From Polyangiaceae bacterium (lineage in GTDB: Bacteria; Myxococcota_A; Polyangia; Polyangiales; Polyangiaceae): a stretch of 60,647 nt of DNA. The notes beneath the pieces were generated by a model. It worked only from the letters and a program-made list of their open reading frames with translations. It ran no database searches and was not told the origin of the DNA. Every line of letters begins with the position of its first letter. Position 1 is the first letter of the stretch. The stretch is from assembly GCA_050301735.1 (NCBI GenBank), contig JBNKZR010000001.1:1-60647 (forward strand). Direction: 5' to 3'. Shown here piece by piece: positions 19,071-28,510 of the stretch. The translations under genes were made by a program, and so were the position numbers.

Positions 19071-20837
19071 TTGGCGGGAGAAGCCTGCGCGGTGGTTTTC
19101 GTCAAGCAACAGGTGGAACGCTGGGTGCGGGAGGCTGCCGTGGCGGCTTTGGGTCCTGACGGCGATACCGAACCGATGGTGCGGGCAGCCGATCCCAAGT
19201 TCGGGGACTATCAGGCCAACCTCGCGATGCGCCTGGGCAAGGTAATGGGGCAGAAGCCTCGCGATCTCGCGGAGCGCATCGCTCAGGCACTTCAAGCTGG
19301 CCCGGCAGCGCGCCACATCGAGGAGGCTTCGGTAGCCGGACCGGGTTTCATCAACCTGCGCCTGACCGGCGAGTACGTGGATGCGTCACTGCGCGCGATG
19401 TTCGCGGACGAGCGACTCGGTGTTTCCACGACGCACACCCCGCAGACCGTGGTTGTGGACTACTCCAGTCCGAACCTGGCCAAGGAGATGCACATCGGCC
19501 ACCTGCGGTCGACCATCATAGGTGACGCCATTTGTCGTGTGCTCGAGTTTCGCGGCGACCGAGTGATACGCCACAACCACCTGGGCGATTGGGGCACGCA
19601 ATTTGGCATGCTTCTGGAGTACCTCATCGACACGGGTTGGGATCGCACGGCCGACCACAGCATCGGTGACTTGAACGATCTGTACAAACTTGCGGCCGAG
19701 CGTTTCAAGGCGGAGCCCGAGTTCGCTGATCGCGCTCGCCGACGTGTGGTGCGGTTGCAGGCAGGAGACGAACAGGCGCTCTCCCTGTGGAAGCAGCTGA
19801 TTGAAGAGTCCGTGCGGCACATGAATTCCGTCTACGCCCTACTCGGCGTGCAGTTGAGCGATTCTGACATCGTGCCCGAGAGCTTCTACAATCCGAGACT
19901 GCCACAGGTGGTGGAGGACTTGCGCGCGGCCGGGCTCCTGGTACAGAGCCAGGGCGCGGGCGTCGTGTTTCCCGACGGCTTCAAGAACAAGGAGGGCGAA
20001 CCCCAGCCGCTGATCGTACAGAAGTCCGACGGTGGCTACGGCTACGCGACGACCGATCTCGCTGCCGGGCGCTACCGCAGCAAGGAGCTTGGCGCGGAGC
20101 GCATCGTCTACGTCGTCGATTCGCGCCAGAGTGAGCACTTTCAGATGGTGTTTTGGACCCTGCGCAAGGCAGGTTGGGTCGAAGAAGCGACGAGTCTGGA
20201 ACACGTCGCGTTTGGCACCATTCTCGGCAAGGACCGCAAGCCGTTCAAAACGCGCGAGGGCGGTAGCGTGCGGCTGGCGGACGTATTGGGTGAAGCGGTG
20301 TCTCGGGCGCGCCAGGTGCTCGAGGAAAAGGACTCACTCAGCGACGAGCAGAGGCGTGAGATCGCCCGTGCCGTTGGCGTCGGTGCCGTCAAGTACGCCG
20401 ACCTCTCCAACGAGCGAATCAAGGACTACACCTTCGACTACGAGCGCATGTTGGCGCTGGAGGGCAACACGTCACCCTACTTGCAGAACGCCTACGTGCG
20501 CATCCAGTCGATCTTCCGCAAGGGTGGGGTGAGCGCGGAGGCCCTCGATGCCGAGGCCCTGCACGTCACTGAGGTTGCTGAACGACAGCTCGCGTTGCAG
20601 CTGTTCATCTTCCCGAGTGTGCTCGAAGGAGTCGCTTCCAGCCTCGAGCCCCACCGCTTGTGCAACTACCTCTACGATCTAGCCGCGGCGTACCACGGCT
20701 TCTACGAGCGCTGCCGTGTGTTGAACGCGGACGATGAAGCCACGAAGAAGAGTCGCTTGGCGTTGTGTCAGCTCGTAGCGCGTACCCTGCACCAGGGGCT
20801 TTCGCTCTTGGGTATCCAGGTCGTCGCGCAGATGTAG
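19071..20837 (+). CDS. argS: Arginine--tRNA ligase
   Basis: 588-aa ORF (TTG 19071; the real start may be GTG about 19092). HIGH motif 'EMHIGHLRSTIIGD'. The anticodon-binding C-terminus ends in '...LLGIQVVAQM', typical of ArgS. Confidence 0.95.
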   Translation: MAGEACAVVFVKQQVERWVREAAVAALGPDGDTEPMVRAADPKFGDYQANLAMRLGKVMGQKPRDLAERIAQALQAGPAARHIEEASVAGPGFINLRLTGEYVDASLRAMFADERLGVSTTHTPQTVVVDYSSPNLAKEMHIGHLRSTIIGDAICRVLEFRGDRVIRHNHLGDWGTQFGMLLEYLIDTGWDRTADHSIGDLNDLYKLAAERFKAEPEFADRARRRVVRLQAGDEQALSLWKQLIEESVRHMNSVYALLGVQLSDSDIVPESFYNPRLPQVVEDLRAAGLLVQSQGAGVVFPDGFKNKEGEPQPLIVQKSDGGYGYATTDLAAGRYRSKELGAERIVYVVDSRQSEHFQMVFWTLRKAGWVEEATSLEHVAFGTILGKDRKPFKTREGGSVRLADVLGEAVSRARQVLEEKDSLSDEQRREIARAVGVGAVKYADLSNERIKDYTFDYERMLALEGNTSPYLQNAYVRIQSIFRKGGVSAEALDAEALHVTEVAERQLALQLFIFPSVLEGVASSLEPHRLCNYLYDLAAAYHGFYERCRVLNADDEATKKSRLALCQLVARTLHQGLSLLGIQVVAQM

Positions 20838-20865
20838 TCACGGGCCGTGCTTCGGGAGTCTTGAG

Positions 20866-21522
20866 GTGGGGAACATCGCGCTGTTCGACATGGACAAGAC
20901 GTTGGTGCGCAAAGACACCGCGGGCTTGTTCATTCGTTACGAGTATGAATTGGGCAAAGTGAGCGCTTGGCGTGTGGCTCGGGTTTTCGGCTGGCGCGTC
21001 CGCTACACCCTCGGCCTCCTGCCCGCTGAAGACGTCGCCCGGCGTGCGTTGGGCTGGTATCGCGGTCGTGACATCGAAGACCTGCGACGAGAGACGCGTG
21101 AGTGGGCGGAGCAGTGCGTCTTTCCGCACATCGGCGAGCTGGCGAGGGAAACGGTCAAGCGCCATCAGCAGGCGGGGGACTTCGTAGCCATCGTGACGGC
21201 GCAGACGCGTTACGCCGCGGAGCCCGTTATGGAAGAGCTCGGTATCGAGCACCTGGTAGCGACGGAGCTCGTGGTCGAAGACGGCAAGGTCGGCGCCGAG
21301 TTGGTCGAGCCACTCTGCTACGGAGAAGGCAAGCTCGCGCTGGTCAAAGAGATGCTGCGCCGCGAGTTCGGTAGCGACGACTTGTCGTGTGCCACGGCCT
21401 ACAGCGATAGCATCACCGACGAACCACTGCTCTCCGCGGTGGGCGTTCCGGTGGCGGTCAATCCCGACTTCCGCCTAGCACGGTTGGCCAAGGCGCGTGG
21501 TTGGCGGATCGAGACCTGGTGA
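20866..21522 (+). CDS. HAD-IB family hydrolase (SerB-like phosphatase superfamily)
   Basis: 218 aa. Motif I is 'IALFDMDKTLV'; the later motif 'AYSDSITDEPLL' is present. Confidence 0.85.
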   Translation: MGNIALFDMDKTLVRKDTAGLFIRYEYELGKVSAWRVARVFGWRVRYTLGLLPAEDVARRALGWYRGRDIEDLRRETREWAEQCVFPHIGELARETVKRHQQAGDFVAIVTAQTRYAAEPVMEELGIEHLVATELVVEDGKVGAELVEPLCYGEGKLALVKEMLRREFGSDDLSCATAYSDSITDEPLLSAVGVPVAVNPDFRLARLAKARGWRIETW

Positions 21523-21550
21523 GGCCGGGTTCGACCCGCGCCAGTGGCAT

Positions 21551-22273
21551 TCAACCTTTGACGCGGATCGCCCAGGTCAGCTTTGCGACGCTCTTGAGAA
21601 CGTTGGGCACGCGGCGAAAGAGGTTGATCGAGGGTGGGCGCTTCTCTTTGACCCGCACCGGGATTTCCTTGATCGTCAGCTTGTCGCGATAGGCGCGGAT
21701 GACCAGTTCGCTGGCGAAAACGTCTTTGTTGACCAGACACGCGTTGACGATGGGGAGCACGCGGTCGCGCCGAAACGCCTTCAGCCCGTGCGTATCCGTG
21801 CCTTTGAAGCCCAACAGAACACGCAACAGACTGGTGTAGCCGAGGCTGGCGGCGTGGCGCAGCAGTGGTCGTTCATCTTCGGCACCGGCAATGAGCTTGG
21901 AGCCAATCACCATGTCCGCACCGCCCGAGCGCAGGGTTTCGACCGCGCGCTGGTGGAAGTCGGTGTCGCACAGATCGATCTCGTCGCAGAGCACGAGCGG
22001 CGCGCGAGTGCAGACGATTCCCTCCCGCAGCGCCTTGCCGTAGTCGGGCGCGCCCGCGGAGATGTAGCGGACTTCTGGGTACTTCTCGCTCAACTCGGCG
22101 GCAAGCGCCACGGTTCGATCCGTCGAGCCGTTTTCAGCCAAGATGATTTCGTAGTTCCAGCCCAACGGCTTCAGTCGCTCACGCAAGTCCACGACCGCCG
22201 AATGGAGGATACCCTCCTCGTTGTAGATCGGGATGACGATGGCAATCTCGGGAACGCTGTGGCTGTCACTCAT
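21551..22273 (-). CDS. Family 2 glycosyltransferase (polyprenol-phosphate sugar synthase-like)
   Basis: Lies in ORF 21551..22306; the likely start is ATG 22273. Motifs are 'IAIVIPIYNEEGIL', 'LAENGSTDRT' and 'CDEIDLCD' (DxD-like). Confidence 0.85.
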   Translation of the reverse strand: MSDSHSVPEIAIVIPIYNEEGILHSAVVDLRERLKPLGWNYEIILAENGSTDRTVALAAELSEKYPEVRYISAGAPDYGKALREGIVCTRAPLVLCDEIDLCDTDFHQRAVETLRSGGADMVIGSKLIAGAEDERPLLRHAASLGYTSLLRVLLGFKGTDTHGLKAFRRDRVLPIVNACLVNKDVFASELVIRAYRDKLTIKEIPVRVKEKRPPSINLFRRVPNVLKSVAKLTWAIRVKG

Positions 22274-22399
22274 GATTCGAAGGGCCAGTTCGCGCCGCGC
22301 CAACACGCTTTACCCGGGCGGTCGCGCGCACGACGGGATGGTGGCGCCCGGTCTGGATCGAATCGCTCAAGATGTACAGGGCTTTTTGTCGATGTGCCG

Positions 22400-25153
22400 T
22401 CAGTGAGCGGCTTTCCAGTTGGGTCCTGAACCGACCTCCACCAGCAGCGGCACATCCAGGGGGTAGACCTCCTGCATCTCAATGCGGATCCGTTCGCTGG
22501 CCTCGGGGACTTCGGCTTTGGGGACCTCGAACACCAGCTCGTCGTGCACGGTCAGCAGCATGCGCGAGCCCGGGGTGACCGGCTCTTGCAGTGCGAGCAT
22601 CGCCATCTTCATCAGATCGGCTGCGGTGCCCTGGATCGGCGCATTCATCACGATGCGCTCGGCGGCGAGGCGGCGCGCTCGGTTATTGCTGTGGATGTCG
22701 GGCACGAGCCGGCGGCGGCCGAAAAGGGTACGCACTCGCCCACTGGCGCGAGCTTTCTCCAGCGTTTCGTCCATGAACTTCTGCACGCCCTGGTAGCGCC
22801 GAAAGTACGCGGCGATGAACTGGCCTGCTTCCATGCGGCTGATCCCGAGGCTTTTTGCCAGGGCGCTATCCCCCTGCCCGTAGATCACGCCGAAGTTGAC
22901 TGCTTTGGCTTGCCTACGCAACTCCGCATCGACTTCGTCGGCGTCGACTTCGAAAATCTCCATCGCCGTGCGCTGGTGGATGTCCTGTTCGTTGTTGAAG
23001 GCATCGATCAGGACAGGATCTTGGGACAGGTGGGCAAGCACCCGCAGTTCGATCTGGCTGTAGTCGGCGCTGATCAAGTCGTAGCCCTCGGGCGCGACGA
23101 AGGCCTCACGAATGCTGCGTCCGAGTTCGGTGCGAATGGGAATGTTCTGCAGGTTGGGATCGCTCGAGCTCAAGCGTCCGGTCGCAGCCACTTCTTGATG
23201 CCAGCGGGTGTGCAGCCGTCCGGTGCGCTCGTTGACGAGCTGGGGCAGTGCATCGATGTAGGTGCCCTTCAACTTGGCGAGCTGACGTACCTCCAAGATC
23301 ACCCGCGGGAGTTCGTGCTCTTGGCTCAGGGCTTCGAGTGTCTCAGCGTCGGTCGAGCGTGATGTCTTCGTGCGTTTGATGGGCTTGAGGCCCAGTTCGT
23401 CGAAGAGCAACTTCTCGAGTTGCCGCGGGGAATTGACGTTGAAGCCCTTGCCCGCAATCTCGTGTGCCGTCTTCTCCAGAGCTTCGAGTTTGGCCCCCAC
23501 CTCCAGGCTGAGCTCCTGGAGCGCTTTGGTGTTCAGGAGGACCCCGCGACGCTCCAACTCCGCCAGCAGCGGGGTGAGGGGAAGCTCCAACTCGCGGTAC
23601 AGCTTGTCGAGTGTCTCTTCTTCCAGGCGCGCCTCCATCGGGCGTCGCAACGCCACGAGTGTCGCCGCGCGACGAGCCGCGAAGTCGCCGGCCTCTTCCA
23701 CGGTGAGTTCATCCACAGGCGTCGCGCGCTTGCCCTTCTTCTTGAACAGGGCGTCGTAGCCGGCGAGGTCGGCGTCGAGCTGTGCTTTGGCGATGCGTTC
23801 GAGGTCTTGGGCGCCGCCGGAATCGAGCAGGTAGTTGGCGAGGAGCACGTCGAAGGCGCAGCCTCGGAGGTCGATCTTTCGCTCCTGCAGCAGCACCATC
23901 AAGCTCTTGCTGTCGTAAGCGATCCAGTCGAGCTCCTCCTGCAGCAACGTTCGTAGCCATTCCGACACTCGCTCTTCGCTGAGCTGGCTCGGGGCTCCCA
24001 TGTAGCGATGGGCAAGCGGGACGTAGGCGGCATTGCCCTCCGCGGTGCAGACGGCGAGCCCAATCCATGCCGCAGTGAGCGGTAGGTTGCCGTGCAGGAG
24101 AGGGTAGAGCGCGACGCGACGCGAGTGTCTTGCCGCCTCGAGCAGAGCGTCGAGCTGTTCTTCCTGCAAGACCACCATCACCTCGGTGCCATTCGGGTCG
24201 AAGCGGGTGGAGGCGGGGGCTTTGCTGGGTGTTCTGCTTGCGCTCGGCTTCGGGGCCTTGCCGTCCGGTTCGTTGCCGCCCGGGAGGTTGGCCAACTGGC
24301 GAGTGAATCCGAGTTCGGAGTACAGGGCTCGGAGTTTGCTGGTGTCTTGGCGTTGGAAGGTCAGGTTCTCGCGGTTCACCTCCAAGTCGAGGTCGTCCTT
24401 GAGGGTGACGAGCTTCTGGCTCATCAGCGCTTGCTCTCGATTGGACTGGAGGGTTTCCCGCAGCTTCTTGCGCTTGATCCTGTCCAGCGAGGCGTACACC
24501 CCGTCGATGTCGCCATACTCGAGGATCAGATCCTTGGCCGTCTTGGGGCCCACGCTGGGTACGCCGGGGACGTTGTCGGAGCTGTCGCCCATCAAAGCCA
24601 AGACGTCCCGCACCTGCTCGATAGCGACACCGAAGCGCTCCTGAACCTCTTCAGGCCCAAAGACCCGGTCGCGCATCGTGTCCCACAGGATCACGTCGGG
24701 TCCGACGAGCTGCATCAAGTCCTTGTCCGCGCTGACGATGACCACGCGCCGCTGCTGCTCTCGACAACGGCGTACGACGCTGGCGATGATGTCGTCGGCC
24801 TCTACCCCGTCCTGCTGAAAGACACGGATCGGAAACGCCTCGATCACCTCCCACACGCGCTGCATCTGTTGCTTCAGATCTGGCGGCGGAGGGGGGCGGT
24901 TCGCCTTGTATTCGGGGTACATCTCCTTGCGGAAAGTAGGGGTCCGCGAGTCCATCGCCACCGCCATCAGCTTGGGCTTACATTGCCGTACCAGTCGTTC
25001 CAGCATGTTGACGGTGCCGAAAACCGCGTGGGTAGGCTCCCCGCTGGGACTGTTGAGGGGTGCGATGGCGTGGTAGGCCCGAAATACGTATCCGCTGAGG
25101 TCGACGAGGTAGAGCACGTCGTCGGCTCCCGCATCGAAGAGTCGCGTCGCCAT
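22400..25153 (-). CDS. polA: DNA polymerase I
   Basis: Lies in ORF 22400..25189; the likely start is ATG 25153 (MATRLFDAGADDVLYLVDLSGYVFRAYHA). The 5'-nuclease motif is 'DNVPGVPSVGPKTA'. Polymerase motifs are 'DYSQIELRVLAH', 'RRQAKAVNFGVIYG' and 'LLTVHDELVFE'. Confidence 0.97.
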   Translation of the reverse strand: MATRLFDAGADDVLYLVDLSGYVFRAYHAIAPLNSPSGEPTHAVFGTVNMLERLVRQCKPKLMAVAMDSRTPTFRKEMYPEYKANRPPPPPDLKQQMQRVWEVIEAFPIRVFQQDGVEADDIIASVVRRCREQQRRVVIVSADKDLMQLVGPDVILWDTMRDRVFGPEEVQERFGVAIEQVRDVLALMGDSSDNVPGVPSVGPKTAKDLILEYGDIDGVYASLDRIKRKKLRETLQSNREQALMSQKLVTLKDDLDLEVNRENLTFQRQDTSKLRALYSELGFTRQLANLPGGNEPDGKAPKPSASRTPSKAPASTRFDPNGTEVMVVLQEEQLDALLEAARHSRRVALYPLLHGNLPLTAAWIGLAVCTAEGNAAYVPLAHRYMGAPSQLSEERVSEWLRTLLQEELDWIAYDSKSLMVLLQERKIDLRGCAFDVLLANYLLDSGGAQDLERIAKAQLDADLAGYDALFKKKGKRATPVDELTVEEAGDFAARRAATLVALRRPMEARLEEETLDKLYRELELPLTPLLAELERRGVLLNTKALQELSLEVGAKLEALEKTAHEIAGKGFNVNSPRQLEKLLFDELGLKPIKRTKTSRSTDAETLEALSQEHELPRVILEVRQLAKLKGTYIDALPQLVNERTGRLHTRWHQEVAATGRLSSSDPNLQNIPIRTELGRSIREAFVAPEGYDLISADYSQIELRVLAHLSQDPVLIDAFNNEQDIHQRTAMEIFEVDADEVDAELRRQAKAVNFGVIYGQGDSALAKSLGISRMEAGQFIAAYFRRYQGVQKFMDETLEKARASGRVRTLFGRRRLVPDIHSNNRARRLAAERIVMNAPIQGTAADLMKMAMLALQEPVTPGSRMLLTVHDELVFEVPKAEVPEASERIRIEMQEVYPLDVPLLVEVGSGPNWKAAH

Positions 25154-25303
25154 TGGGGGCCTGTAGCAGAAGGCTCGCGGCGGGAACATCCCGGGCTGTC
25201 AAACGCGCGGCACGGCCGGGATTTGTCCGGTTGCACCCCCCGAAAACGGTTTGTCGGGCCGGTCGCTAGCCGAATGCTCCGCACTGTTTTAGCCTATGCG
25301 ACG

Positions 25304-26671
25304 ATGGGCGAGCGGACGGAGCCACCTGGGAAAGGCACCCTCGTAGCGGGCAAGTATCGGCTGGAGCGCCTGCTCGGTCGTGGCGGGATGGGTAGCGTTT
25401 GGGAAGGCGTTCACACTTCGCTGGGCACCAAGGTTGCCGTCAAGTTCATCGAGACGGAGTTCGCGAATCACGCCGAGATCCGCGACCGCTTCTTCAACGA
25501 GGCGTTCGCTGCGGCCCGCCTGCAGAGCAAACACATCGTTCAGGTCTACGACCACGGTGTCGATGATGGTGGCAGGCCTTACATCGTGATGGAGTTCCTC
25601 TCCGGGGAGCCGTTGGACGAACGTCTGGTGCGGGAAGGCACGCTGTCGTTGGCCGATGCCGCCAACGTGATTCGGCAAGTCGCCCGAGCTGTGAAGAAGG
25701 CCCACGAAAGTGGCATCATTCACCGGGACCTCAAGCCCGAGAACGTCTTTTTGGTGTGGGACGAGGAAGACAAGCGAGACCTCGTCAAGGTGGTCGACTT
25801 CGGCATCGCCAAGTTCACCGAAGGCTCGGGCATCTCGTCTGCGACGCGCACCGGTGCGGTGCTGGGTACGCCGCACTTCATGAGTCCCGAACAGGCCCGA
25901 GGATTGAAGGACATCGACGCGCGTTCAGACGTCTGGTCCATTGGCGTCATCGCGTATCGCGCCGTCACTGGGGCGTTACCTTTCGACGGCGAAGCGGTGG
26001 GCGATTTGCTCGTCAAGATCTGCACCGTCGAGCCCAAGCCACCCAGTGAGCACGTGCCCGTGCCCCCGTCGTTCGACGAATGGATGCGCCGCTCGCTGTG
26101 CAAGGATGTCGACGAACGCTATTCGAGTGTGGATGAGCAGGCCCGTGCGCTTTCGGAGATCGCCTCCGGTCGCGAGCAGGCCGCCTCGGGCACGGCACTC
26201 GAGCCCGCTTTGGCCTCAGCAGACACGGCTCTCGGCGTCGAGCGCAGCGCGCGCGCGAGCAGTCGTAGCCTCTCTCCGATGGCCGTGGCTGGCATCGTCG
26301 TCTTGATCGCCATCGTGGGTTCAGTTGGGGCACTCGTCGTGCGCGGCCAGGAGCCAGCGACGGACCTGGCTGCGAAAGGTGAACAGCCTGCCGCGGAGCT
26401 CGAACCCTCGAGCGCGACGACCCAGCCGGCCGCGCGGGAGGCCTCCGACGAGCCCTCCGTCGCGCCCGTCGCGACCACTGAAGCGGAGCCGGAGCCGCGA
26501 GAGGGGACGAACTCGGGCTCTGGCGGGGGCTCTGGGCAAGAGGAGACGCCGCCGGCTGCCCAGCGCACGCCTCGCGCGCGGCCGCCGTCGAAGCCACAGC
26601 CCAGGCCCCGGTCGGCCCAAAGTCCGATACCCCGACCTCGACCAGGGCCCGCTGACGAACTCGGCTACTGA
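25304..26671 (+). CDS. Ser/Thr protein kinase with C-terminal TM segment and Pro-rich tail
   Basis: This is the real gene within ORF 24092..26671. ATG 25304 (or 25274) precedes 'YRLERLLGRGGMGSVWEG', 'VAVKFI', 'HRDLKPENVFL', 'DFGIAKF' and 'GTPHFMSPEQ'. The TM segment is 'MAVAGIVVLIAIVGSVGALVV'. Confidence 0.9.
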   Translation: MGERTEPPGKGTLVAGKYRLERLLGRGGMGSVWEGVHTSLGTKVAVKFIETEFANHAEIRDRFFNEAFAAARLQSKHIVQVYDHGVDDGGRPYIVMEFLSGEPLDERLVREGTLSLADAANVIRQVARAVKKAHESGIIHRDLKPENVFLVWDEEDKRDLVKVVDFGIAKFTEGSGISSATRTGAVLGTPHFMSPEQARGLKDIDARSDVWSIGVIAYRAVTGALPFDGEAVGDLLVKICTVEPKPPSEHVPVPPSFDEWMRRSLCKDVDERYSSVDEQARALSEIASGREQAASGTALEPALASADTALGVERSARASSRSLSPMAVAGIVVLIAIVGSVGALVVRGQEPATDLAAKGEQPAAELEPSSATTQPAAREASDEPSVAPVATTEAEPEPREGTNSGSGGGSGQEETPPAAQRTPRARPPSKPQPRPRSAQSPIPRPRPGPADELGY

Positions 26672-26917
26672 AGCGCAGTTCGGCACGGCCTATGACGCGA
26701 TGCGCAATCGAGGGCCTCTGCGGCAGGAGTCGGCGTCGAGCGGTGCGCCGGGCGTGGATCGCGCGGGGCCACCTGGACCCACATCCGGAGCGCCGTGAGC
26801 CACCCGTACTGAAATCCTACCGGCGCGCGCCAGGGCTAGATCCGCGTCTCCTATGGACTTTTCATCGAACGCGGCTAGGCTTTGCAGAGTGGAGACCAGG
26901 TACAACGGGGGTCGCGA

Positions 26918-27304
26918 ATGACGAAAGCGGATATCGTCCACGCGCTGTACTCGCAGCTCGGCGGTTTTTCGAAGAAGGAAGCTGCTGATCTCGTGGATCT
27001 CGTTTTCGAGACCATGAAAGAGACGCTGGGGCGTGGTGAAAAGATAAAGATATCCGGCTTCGGCAACTTCGTTCTGCGTGACAAGCGCGAACGGCAGGGA
27101 CGCAACCCGCAGACGGGTGAGCCCATCACGATCACGGCGCGACGAGTACTCAACTTCAAAGCGAGTCAGCTGCTCAAGCAGTCGTTGAACGACATGGAGA
27201 TGTCGAACGGCAGCAACGGCGCGCCCGAGCCGGACGCGGCCCGTCTGGCTGATGGCAGCGCGGAGTCGCACAGCCCTAGCGTGCCTCCCCCGGAACCGAA
27301 CTGA
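26918..27304 (+). CDS. ihfA: Integration host factor subunit alpha (HU/IHF family) with a ~40-aa low-complexity C-terminal tail
   Basis: ATG 26918 lies within ORF 26882..27304. Matching motifs are 'MTKADIVHALYSQLG.SKKEAADLVDLVFE' and 'GFGNFVLRDKRERQGRNPQTGEPITI'. Confidence 0.9.
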   Translation: MTKADIVHALYSQLGGFSKKEAADLVDLVFETMKETLGRGEKIKISGFGNFVLRDKRERQGRNPQTGEPITITARRVLNFKASQLLKQSLNDMEMSNGSNGAPEPDAARLADGSAESHSPSVPPPEPN

Positions 27305-27312
27305 GTGAGCTC

Positions 27313-27329
27313 ACGCTGCCCGGCAGCGT
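27313..27329 (+). terminator. Hairpin just after the ihfA stop (possible terminator/attenuator)
   Basis: ACGCTGCC-c-GGCAGCGT lies 9 nt after the TGA. It is preceded by the 10-bp palindrome GTGAGCTCAC (27305-27314). Only a short T-run (TTT) follows. Confidence 0.3.
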
Positions 27330-27336
27330 TTGACCG

Positions 27337-27930
27337 GTGCCCTTGGGCGCTGATGATGGAACCTCAATTCCGCTTCAAGAGCGCAGTCGCAGAGACGAAT
27401 CCGTGAGCAAGCCGACCCAGCAGGACCTGGTCAAGCTCTACTATCGCATCGGTGAAGTGTCTCAAATCGTTGGGGTACAGCCGCACGTGCTGCGCTACTG
27501 GGAATCGGAGTTTCGAACGATTCGTCCCCAGAAGTCGAGCAAAGGCCAACGGGTCTATTCGCGCAAGGATGTCGAAAAGCTGCTTCGGGTCAAAGACCTC
27601 TTGAAAAACCAGGGCTTTACGATTGCGGGAGCCCGGAAGCAGCTGAGCCGACGTGGCAGCGACGAGTCGGAGCCCGCCACCGAGCAGGGGAACGCTCAGG
27701 TTCGCAATGCAGATGTCGAACTTCGCGCGGAAGGGCGGGCGGTCCAGACCGCGCTCACCGCGGCCCAGCCCGTCATGCGCACGACCTCGAACCCCGCTTC
27801 CATGGGCCCGACACAACGCCACCAAGCGAAAGCATTGCGACGAAGTCTGGTTCAGCTTCGCAACGACATCCTCGGGATGTTGGAAGAACTCGACGCATAC
27901 GGACGGCCGGAAGTCTCACGACGCAAGTAG
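27337..27930 (+). CDS. MerR-family transcriptional regulator (the ihfA-linked type)
   Basis: 197-aa ORF with an uncertain start (GTG 27337 or GTG 27403). The HTH region is '[55 protein letters not shown]'. Confidence 0.85.
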   Translation: MPLGADDGTSIPLQERSRRDESVSKPTQQDLVKLYYRIGEVSQIVGVQPHVLRYWESEFRTIRPQKSSKGQRVYSRKDVEKLLRVKDLLKNQGFTIAGARKQLSRRGSDESEPATEQGNAQVRNADVELRAEGRAVQTALTAAQPVMRTTSNPASMGPTQRHQAKALRRSLVQLRNDILGMLEELDAYGRPEVSRRK

Positions 27931-28028
27931 GTCAAGTAGGACGAGCAACGTCCGAGCTGGCCGTCCGCGCTTGACTCCCCAAGCGCAGGCGGCGAATCAT
28001 CGGCCCTCTCAACGTCTTGGAGGAATAG

Positions 28029-28502
28029 ATGGCAGAGGGCCTAAACAAAGTCATGTTGCTCGGGAATCTGGGCCAGGATCCGGAGCTTCGGATGACCTCC
28101 GGCGGGCAAGCAGTGCTCAAGCTGAGGATCGCGACCAGCGAGTCGTACTTGGACCGGAACCGCAACCGCCAGGAGCGAACTGAGTGGCACAGCGTCGTCA
28201 TCTGGGGAAAGCGGGCGGAGGCACTCAGCAAGATCCTCTCCAAGGGCAGTCGCGTGTTCATCGAAGGCGGACTGCGCACCTCGAGCTACGACGATCGTGA
28301 CGGCAACAAGCGCTACCGGACGGAAATCGTAGCCAGCAACCTGATCCTCGCCGGGGGTCGCGGTGGCGGCCGTGACGGCTTCGAGTCGGGTGGTGGCGGT
28401 GGCTACGATTCAGGGCCGAGCTACGACGATGCGCCGGCGAGCGGCGGCAGTGGTGGTGGCGGCTTTGGTGACGCGCCCGACGACGACGACATCCCATTCT
28501 GA
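28029..28502 (+). CDS. ssb: Single-stranded DNA-binding protein
   Basis: 157 aa. '[16 protein letters not shown]', '[14 protein letters not shown]', a Gly-rich linker and the canonical acidic tip 'DDDIPF' are present. A GGAGGA SD lies upstream. Confidence 0.95.
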   Translation: MAEGLNKVMLLGNLGQDPELRMTSGGQAVLKLRIATSESYLDRNRNRQERTEWHSVVIWGKRAEALSKILSKGSRVFIEGGLRTSSYDDRDGNKRYRTEIVASNLILAGGRGGGRDGFESGGGGGYDSGPSYDDAPASGGSGGGGFGDAPDDDDIPF

Positions 28503-28510
28503 GCTCAGGA

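Noticed and set aside
21497-22429. 310-aa plus-strand ORF opposite the GT2 gene. Similar long antisense ORFs occur at 9699..10655, 11421..12254, 16128..17310, 17651..18508, 37148..37993, 42097..42933, 47684..48601 and 59937..60593.
   Set aside because: Each lies opposite a gene with clear family motifs. Their translations are Arg/Gly/Ala/His-rich with no motifs. This is typical stop-codon-poor antisense frame behaviour in GC-rich DNA.
24092-25303. The first 1.2 kb of the 859-aa ORF 24092..26671, which would make a giant kinase
   Set aside because: This part is antisense to polA, has no kinase or other motifs, and is Arg/Gly/His-rich junk. The kinase domain begins right after ATG 25304. The long open frame is an artefact of high GC.
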